Below are positions 55,212-64,000 of a stretch of DNA of 64,000 nt, one piece after another. Made by a program: the position numbers and the translations under genes. The stretch is taken from the NCBI RefSeq assembly GCF_964204645.1, contig NC_134027.1:930001-994000 (forward strand), in the 5' to 3' direction. Under the pieces are notes generated by a model, which saw only the letters and a program-made list of their open reading frames with translations, searched no databases and was not told the DNA's origin. Origin of the DNA: Tubulanus polymorphus (lineage: Eukaryota > Animalia > Nemertea). The first letter of the stretch is position 1, and every line of letters begins with the position of its first letter.

Positions 55212-58200
55212 CTATTGCAGCTCGAATTTGTTCCGAATCAAGGCCTCAAAAGTCGGTTCAATTAAAGCTAACTGTTTCTCGGTAAGATCAACATGTTGTT
55301 CATCACAGACTGTTATTGTCTTGAATATGTTTTTGATTTTAGCGATCAATTCGCTCGACGGAGTCGGATTCAGATTAAATAAACACGTATGATGCGGATG
55401 ATTCCGTTGATAATGGCGTCCGATTTCCTCGACGGAAACGACCTCGTCGCAACCTTCCATACAAATAATCGTTCGGTTTTTGATTATGTTGAAATGTTTC
55501 GATAAAATATGAGCGTGCATATCGATGATACACGTCATCGGAGGAGCCGAACACAATCCACAGTTTAATAAACACCGAATATGGTCGAACATCGATGATC
55601 CAGTTTTCGGTACGACGCAACTAATCAGCAACAAAAAGTTCACAAGTTTTTCTCGTTTTTTCAAATCGATTTCGTTAATTTTGATAAACCGTCGTTCGTC
55701 GCCGGCGTCGAACACCGACGAATGTTCCGAACTCAAATGGTCGACGATCGTTTCTCGTGATTTTTCTTGCAGGTCGCATATTCTACACGTGAACGGTTTT
55801 AATCGAATGTCTTAAACTCCGTTCGACAAACGTAACAATCGATTGATTTATCACCGAAATCGAACTCGTTTAATTTCCGTCTGATCGCGTCGCGGTTTAC
55901 GGCGTCGGTTGGCGTCGACAATTCCAGAGCTCTCACCGAAAAAACAACTTCATCATTGGCGGCGGGATCAGCATCGGGAGAATCCACCTCTGGTAAGTGA
56001 GTAGATAGGATTTCATTTATTCGGCGTCGATCGAGTTGAAAAACTCTCGTAAAATCATCAGAATCGGTCGCGATTTCCGTCAGATATTTTTCGCTCCATT
56101 TTTTCTGAAATTCGACGATCGTTTCGAAATATTCGCCCAACTCGAACTCGTCGAGAGCGAAGAACAACGCCTGGTCCTGTTTCTCGTAATCGCACACGTT
56201 TAAATACAACACACATCGCTCGTCGTCACGGTGACGAATTAACGAATGCACGAAAAAATCGGTAATGATTTCACATTTAAATTCGCACGCCGAGCAGCGG
56301 AACGGAGTATATTTCAAATGCGCGCTTTTGAAATGATTGAAAAAACGACGGATTTTCGAATCTTGAAATTCACATTTTGGACACGAGAATAAAGTCTCAC
56401 CGTTTGGTGCGGAGACCTTCACCTGGTTCCGATTGGTAGCCGGATAGCGGAGCTGGGTTAACGCTGAATCAGTCACATCGGTATGAGCTACGCGTTCAGA
56501 TACTTCGGATACCTCGACTTCTGTCGCCTGTGCAGCTGATTCATCTGATACAACGACCACTGCTGCTGCACTCGACCTGTTCACATCAATAGCTGTATCA
56601 CTCATTGATCCTGGCTGTTCAGAATTCGTAATACTTTTGGTAGCTGAGTTCAGAGAAGTATTGTCATTTAAAGCTAGCAGCTCGGTAACTGTGATGCCAT
56701 TAGATCCAACTGGTAATTCATTTGTCCATGTTGGTAGCTGGGAAGCTGTGTTATCGCTGGAAGCTACCGGTAGTTCAGATGTAGAAGAACTAGTATCGCT
56801 ATTTGTAGCTGGCAGCTCAGAAGCTATAGTTACACCACTTACTACATCGCTATCCCCCTGAACTGTATTTGATAATTGTTCAGCAGTTTCTGGCTGTGAT
56901 ACAATAAGGTTCAGTTTCATTGGTTCGAGCTGATTGTTTGAGTCAGTTGGAGATGGACTTGTTGGAGCATCTGGGGTCGACTGAACTTCTTGAGCTGAAT
57001 GATCTTTTTGAAGTACTGGAGCGTACAAAGCAGTTACAGCAGACTGAACATCTGGTACAGACAGAACTTGTTGAGCTTCTGGTGCACAAAGAGGTGCAGC
57101 AGGAGCAGGTTCTGGTGCACATTGAGGTGCAGCAGGAGCAGGTTCTGGTGCACATTGAGGTGCAGCAGGAGCAGGTTCTGGTGCACATTGAGGTGCTGGA
57201 GCAGCTTGAGCTTCTGGAGCGTACAAAGCAGTTACAGCAGACTGAACATCTGGTACAGACAGAACTTGTTGAGCTTCTGGAGCACCTTGAGGTGCTGGAG
57301 CACCTTGAGGTGCTGGAGCAGCTTGAGCTTCTGGAGCACATTGAAGCACTGGAGCAGCTTGAGCTTCTGGAGCACCTTGAGGTGCTGGAGCAGCTTGAGC
57401 TTCTGGTGTACCTTGAGGTGCTGGAGCAGCTTGAGCTTCTGGTGCACATTGAAGCACTGGAGCAGCTTGAGCTTCTGCTGCACATTGAGGCACTGGAGTA
57501 GTTTGAGCTTCTGGAGCACATAGAGGCGCAGGAGCAGGTTCTGGAGCACATTGAAGCACTGGAGCAGACTGAGCTTCTGCTGCACATTGAGGCACTGGAG
57601 TAGTTTGAGCTTCTGGAGCACATAGAGGCGCAGGAGCAGGTTCTGGAGCACATTGAGAAGCAAGAGCAGCTTGAGCTTCTGGAGCACATAGAAGTGCAGC
57701 AGAAGCAGGTTCTGGAGCACATTGAAGCACTGGAGCAGCTTGAGCCACTGGTGCACATTGATGTGCTGGAGCAGCTTGAGCTTCTGGAGCATATGGAGTT
57801 GCTGGAACAGCTTGAGCTTCTGGAGAACATTCAGGCGCTGGAGCAGATTGAGCTTCCTGATGTAGTTTTATTTCGTTTGAATACGTTAATGAAAGGACAT
57901 TCGCGTAATGTTTCAATGTGATATAATCATGTTGGTGTGAGTTAAACGAGTACTGCATGAATCCATCGAGAGTAGATCTCACTGACGTGCAGTGAAACCA
58001 ATGGAAATCATTGTATTTAAATTGTTTGTATAACTCCGCGTAACCTTGACCCAACCGGTCGCAGACGTGGTGAATGAAACTCTTCTGCGACCGGTAACAT
58101 TCGACTTCGATCAACATGCGTCGCGTATGGCAACCGTAACCGATGTGTACGAACAATAGGAACATACTAGCGAAACGTTTCGAACAGTCCGTACAAACAA

Positions 58201-58857
58201 ACGGTTTCCAACGGCGATGCTGCGAACATAAATGAGAAATGAAACTTTGAAAATGACGCGAAGAGTATTTACAGTTATCGGTTAAACACAGCAGACGATG
58301 AGCTTCGGTGCGAAACGATAAATCAGAAATATCGTCAGGATCAACCACTCGATCTGTTGCCGCCGCATTACTCGCGTTCCGTTCGACGATTTTACCGCCA
58401 GAAATCGCGTAATAATGAATGAAATCGTCGGGGACGACGGATATAAATGCGTCTGCTGAGAGAATCGTCTCGCAGACGATGCGTTCGCCTTTCACTAAAT
58501 CGGAGTCTTTCCTCAAACACGATCGTAAGAACGCACTATAATTCGTACAATACGTTTTATACATCGTAGATTTCAATTTACTCTTGCAGATATTTTCTTG
58601 TTTTCGAATTTGCTCCAGATCCAATATGACCTTCAAAGGTGAGACTCGGTCGGCCGCGGCGTGGTGTACGAATAAATGACAAGTGGCGTCACCTATAATG
58701 TGGAAGTTCACGCCACACGTTAGACACGTATATGGAGACTCGACTACGTGAACCGTTTTGACGTGGTTTACTAAATATCCGAACTGATCGCAGACAAGTT
58801 TACATTCAACGCATTCGTATCGACCATCAGCGAGATTATTGAAACATAATACTGTAT
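55212..58857 (-). CDS. Zinc-finger gene terminal exon; frameshifted at about 55800, C-terminus continues in another frame to TAG at 55212
   Basis: Phase-1 acceptor tttttcag|AT ACA; C2H2 pairs (CVEC..H..H/CLTC, CLTDNC/CTDC, CPKC/CSAC); after the shift, LKPFTCRICDLQEKSRETIVDHLSSEH. Confidence 0.82.
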
Positions 58858-59097
58858 CTGAAAAAAAAAAACAAAACAAGAAATACCTTTAACTGAATTA
58901 AACAGATACAGAAAATGAGAAATATATTGAGCTCTGTATTAAACTGTATTACACAGATACAGAAAATGAGAAATACATTGAGCTCTGTATTAAACTGTAT
59001 TACACAGATACAGATATGAATTCACTACATAGAGATGGATGCAATATAAAACTATCTGCGTAATATGTTTAAAACCCACTACAAACATTTTCTACTT

Positions 59098-59246
59098 GGG
59101 ATCATTCATTTATTGAGTACGCATACAATTTGACTTTTTCAACCCCCCCTCCCCCTCCGTGCGCAAAATCGGCAATTTTTTCATATACATTAAGCATTTG
59201 TGCACTGACCCCTCCCCTAATGCGTAGGTAATAAATGAATGACCCG
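59098..59246. mobile_element. PIF/Harbinger-like MITE, inverted homologue of 19697-19838
   Basis: GGGATCATTCATTTATT...AATAAATGAATGACCC; the interior aligns by eye with the reverse complement of the 19697 copy. Confidence 0.75.
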
Positions 59247-59287
59247 ACGATCCACGTTTTTGTAATGAAATGTACATTAATACGCAC

Positions 59288-59407
59288 CAGTGGACGCAAC
59301 AGACAGACTCTCATCATCATTATCTTTTTCATCATCATCATCATCTATACAAACATCTATCACAGGTGGCGCCGTCTGCTGCGGTTCAGCGGCGTTAACC
59401 GAACTGC
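59288..59407 (-). CDS. Zinc-finger gene 120-nt acidic exon, not in the ORF track
   Basis: tttcag|GC AGT...ACT G|GTGCGT, phase 1-1; SSVNAAEPQQTAPPVIDVCIDDDDDEKDNDDESLSVAST. Confidence 0.82.
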
Positions 59408-59545
59408 CTGAAACAACAAGTATCAAAAATATTTCATTGTAGGTATGTGTCTAGAATGAGTTCAGAAAATAAATACAAGATTTACGACAATTTTTTGTAC
59501 TTAAATGACGACGACTAGTCCTTGGTTTCAATAGTGTAAACTTAC

Positions 59546-62500
59546 AAGTATCTGTCGTATCAGTAGAATTCAACGCTGCTCTTGTTTGTCTAACGTTGGT
59601 TTTCACAGATCTGAACGAATCGAATAATTTGTTCCCGGTTAATTTTATCAAAAGACTTCGACTGATCATAGATTGCAGACGTTTATCATTGATCGTTCCT
59701 AGGTGCAATGCGTTAATCACCCGTACGAAATGCTTCTCCATGAAATTACGATTCGCGTTGATTTCCGCTTCGCACAACTGCAACGGGAACAGTTTTTGCC
59801 ACTCGGCTTGTTGCTGCGCGACCAACTCGTCGTCGCAGATGAGAACTTGCGGATATTGCGAATGGTTGGCGTTCATGTGCAGTAATAAGTCGGGTAGAAT
59901 ACGGAATTTAGCGTGACACAGACGCGTACAGTCACACGTATACGGTTCAAGCGTCAGGTGATTTTTACAAATGTGATAAATAAGATGATCGAAACGACCT
60001 ACTTTAAAAACGCCGCACATCGGACAAACCAAGCTTGAAGTTACGAAATGAGACAGCAAAAGAGTTGGACCGATAGTTGTACGTTTGCTCGTCAAATCGC
60101 TTACTGTTCCATTCGTTGCCGATGCTTCAGATGTTGCCGTAGAAACAATATTGTTGACCGTAGCACTTGTCGATAGAGACGAGGCAGTCATGGGAACACC
60201 AGTAGGTGGCGTTAGAGGAATCAGAGGATTAGTATTCGGTGCCACGGTAGAATTACCTATGCCACAAGAATTTGTATTTGAAACTTTTGGCCCAAAGGGC
60301 ACCCGAGGGTTTGTAGCTAGCAGTAGTGTTGTCGGTGTAGTGACCTGAGTGTTATTGTTTGTGGAGACGATCCGTTCATTTGCACTGAAATTTGGTATAT
60401 ATAAACTAGGTAGGTTGTCTCTAAATAAAGTATTACGTAAAAGTGTTGGCACAACGACATCTTTAGATTTCGAAACATGTGAGGCTACTGCTGCTTGAGG
60501 GGCCATTTGAAGTGAAGTCATTAGAATTTGTGAGGCTGATGGCATGAGTGAGGCCTTAAAGATCTGTGTAGCTTGAGGACCATTTGAGGTTATGAGAGCA
60601 GCACCAGTATGGGAAATGGTTGCAGAATGTGAGGTTGTTAGAGGCAGTGTAGCTGTGGATGGACTTGTGACTGTTGGAGTATGTGAGACAGTTGGAGCAT
60701 TTGAGGCAGTTGAAAAATGCGTTGGATGTGAGGCTGAAATACATTGCGAGACAGTTGGAGGAGGTGAGACTATGCGAGAGGTTGAGGCACCAGTTGAGGC
60801 AGAAAATGAGGCAACAGATGAGGCGGTGGGAGTTGAAGCAAGAGATGATGCAATAGTTGGAACAACAGATGATGCAATAGTTGGAACAACAGATGATGCA
60901 ATAGTTGGAACAACAGATGATGCAGTAGTTGGAACAACAGATGATGCAATAGTTGGAACAACAGATGATGCAATAGTTGGAACAACAGATGATGCAATAG
61001 TTGGAACAACAGATGATGCAATAGTTGGAACAACAGGTGATGCAGTAGTTGGGACAACAGATGATGCAGTAGTTGGGACAACAGATGATGCAATAGTTGG
61101 AACAACAGATGAGGCAGTAGGAGTTGCTGATGAAGTAGCTGTTTGTTCATTAGTTGATGAGTTTGGAGCAAGCTGTGATTGCTTGTTGGAGTTTGGTTGA
61201 AGCTGTGATTGTTTGTTTGAGTCTGGTTGAAGCTGTGATTGTTTGTTGGAGTCTGGTTGAAGCTGTGATTGTTTGTTGGAGTCTGGTTGAAGCTGTGATT
61301 GCTTGTTGGAGTCTGGTTGAAGCTGTGATTGTTTGTTGGAGTCTGGTTGAAGCTGTGATTGTTTGTTGGAGTCTGGTTGAAGCTGTGATTGTTTGTTGGA
61401 GTCTGGTTGAAGCTGTGGTTGCTTTTTGGAGTATCGGTGGAGAGGTGATTGTTCGCTATGTCTCCAGATTTCTCTGATTCTCATTGAATCAGGAATCGGA
61501 GTTATCGAAGGACTCATCGGTTTGTTTCTATTCATTGTAGCATTCCGATAGAAATGTTCTTGAAACTGATTAAAAGATCTCATTTGTTCACGTTTCAAGT
61601 GATCATCCGAAGTCTCTTGAATTTTATCGACTTTCTTCTGCGTCATTTTCTGAATCAGCGACCACGCGTTTTGCTGCATTTCCGTGACGTTTCTATTCGT
61701 GACTATTTTACTTCGATCGTTGAAATGAACTTGTTTGAAATGCGCAACGAGTCGACTGGTTGTCGTGTCGACGTACTCGCAGTTTGAACATGAATACGGT
61801 TTCATCGGTAAATGTTTCTCGATGACGTGAGTTCGAACTTGGAACATATTCTTCAACCACATTCCGTCGCATTTACTACATTTAAACGTTAAATCTGAAT
61901 TCACGTCGATATAATGGACGTCTTGCGGGTTAAAATCATCCAAATCATCTTCAGTATCATTATCTTTATTATCATCCTTTCCGATGTCATTCTCGGTTTC
62001 CTCTACACGCTCTGGCTGCTCAGTAACCGCCATCTCTTTACTCTTCTTCGAAGTAGATCCTCTTTTTTCCGATAAACAAGCGTTCGATTTCAATGCCTGC
62101 TTTTTCAACTTTTTTAATAAATCAGTTTTTTTCACTTTCTTCTTTTTAGCGACCTTTTCTTTCCTACAACCGGTTGTTGATTTATGCCCTTTTTTTCTCC
62201 CCGAACTTGCTCGTTCTTTACCTGACTCTACACCTTGACTATCGACCTCTTTGGAAGAAGAACTAACTAGACTAGCATCAGAAAAATCATCAGATTCTGA
62301 GATTGAATCACACGGGGTAGAGGCCCGACTTGATGTCTGCTCACGGGAACCAGAAGGTGGAGTCAGTCCATCCTTGCAGGAGCCAGACAGTTGAGCTGGT
62401 CTGTCTTTGTAGGAATTAGAAGGCAGACTTGGTTTGTCTTCACAAGAGTCACCAGGTTGACTTGGTTTGTCCTCACAGGGCTCAGAAAGTTGAGTTGGTC

Positions 62501-64000
62501 TCCCCTCACTTGACTCAGAAACTTGATTTGGTCTCCCCTCACAGGACTCAGAAAGTTGAGTTGGTCTCCCCTCACAGGGCTCAGAAAATTGATTTGGTCT
62601 CCCCTCACAGGACTCAGAAAGTTGAGTTGGTCTCCCCTCACAGACCTTAGAAACTTGATTCGGTCTCCCCTCACAGGGCTCAGAAAGTTGAGTTGGTCTC
62701 CCCTCACTGGATCCACCCTTACTGGAGTCAGGAGGCCGACTCGGTTCCTCCTGACAGAAGTCAGAAGGTAGAATAGGTGTTTTACTTTCTGACGTTAGAT
62801 CATCTTGTGATTTATTTTCCGATAATGCAATATCAACAATATCTGCGCTGGTTGCATCTGCATCAGCCGCTGCCGCAGCATCCGCGTCAGCAGTAGTATT
62901 TTCTGTTGGATCGGTGTGTTTATCGCTAGATGATAAATGGCACGGTGAGATTGTTTCAGCAGGAGACAATGAACTCGAGGAGGAGGTGGTGGCGATGTTG
63001 GCAGGATGGTGAGGAGAGCATCCGTCGTTGTCTATCGGGTCATCTTTCAATAGTGTTTTTTGTTGCACGCGATTAGTGAGAAGTTCTACATCAGGAGCGG
63101 CGACCGTTTTATTTAAATATGAGCGTGAATTAAGATATGATTGTGCACAGGCAGCAGTAACACTGGATTTAGATATATCAGACGATTGCGTAGATGATTT
63201 TAACGATATATCTAACAGAGTTATTTCACTAGCAGACGTTTGTTCATGCGCAGTTAACGTGATATTCGAGATTTGATGTCGTTCGACAGATATCGAACGA
63301 ACATCCGATATTTTACACAATCCGGAATCGCAACAATCGATACTCGGTCTACGAATTTGATGGACATCTCGCACGGACGAAGTCGGATTTGTTCGCACGG
63401 TTTCACGTAGTTCAGTGTTTCGTTGAATACTCGGTGGTTCGGTAAAATCATCGATGACTAAAACATCGGAATGTTCTCGCACCACTCTCGGCGGTGATAC
63501 AGTTTCAGTAAGCGCATTTTTTTCAGTTTTTTCAGAAGTTTGTCGAGGGCAAACCAAAAAATCTGATACACCGTTAGAACCTGACTCAGTGATAGAACCT
63601 GACAGAGCAACGGAACCTGACTCAACGGTAGAACCTGACAGAGTAACAGAACCCGGCTCAGTTGTAGAACCTGACATAGCAACAGAACCTGACTCAGCGG
63701 TAGAACCTGACATAGCGGTAGAACCAGCAACAGATGATTGACGGGTATCTGTATTTACACTAGTTACATTCTCTGCTGTAGGTGGCACCACTGTTTCTTC
63801 TTCATTTGCTGTCAACTCGAGTATTGCAGTTGGCACCTGTTTTGTAGGTGGTAGCACTATCACTTCATCTGCTGCTGTAGATGGCAGCACAATGACCTTA
63901 TCCGCTGTAGGGGGCACCTGTGTTGTAAGTGGCAGCACGATCTTCTCATCTGCTGAACGGTCAACCTGTGTTGTTGTAGGGGGCAACATCACAGCATCCC
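59546..64000 (-). CDS. Zinc-finger gene large exon (5'-truncated): repeat-rich linkers, basic NLS-like patch, two C2H2 finger pairs
   Basis: Frame open to the window edge; FKCSKC...HVIEKHLPMKPYSCSNC...HFKQVH; CPMC...HICKNH; KKKKVKK; donor ACT T|GTAAGT. Confidence 0.88.

Noticed and set aside
55799-55815. Programmed ribosomal frameshift or tiny intron in the zinc-finger gene
   Set aside because: Neither would restore the missing His ligands; no clear slippery heptamer or suitable GT-AG pair; deletion is simpler.
56920-57830. Overlapping alternative-frame and antisense ORFs in the zinc-finger gene (also 60592-61477 and 62363-62771)
   Set aside because: By-products of in-frame coding tandem repeats.

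Overview
Eukaryotic (invertebrate-animal-like) genomic DNA with AT-rich introns, GT-AG splicing, CpG-rich exons and many minisatellites and MITEs. The species cannot be identified from sequence alone. About 45 kb (4598-50017, minus strand) is one WNK (With-No-lysine) Ser/Thr kinase gene. I rebuilt it by hand as 16 phase-compatible coding exons, about 2643 aa if all are included. It has the WNK kinase signatures, two PF2/CCT-like domains, RFxV motifs, polyQ tracts and the C-terminal HQ coiled coil. Upstream on the same strand (55212-64000, 5' end outside the window) is a large gene for a protein with dispersed pairs of C2H2 zinc fingers and repeat-rich linkers. Its last exon has an apparent frameshifting deletion that a 9-bp microhomology could explain. 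No CRISPR array, rRNA, intact tRNA or autonomous transposon was seen. The best leads are: isoform-generating features of WNK (a frame-preserving cassette exon, an internal alternative donor controlling a 530-aa RRxS-rich segment, candidate internal first exons, a 77-aa uORF); intronic repeats amplified from splice-donor flanks; nested MITEs; and a tRNA-derived element joined to TTAGGG units. None is established as a new biological system; all need RNA or comparative data.
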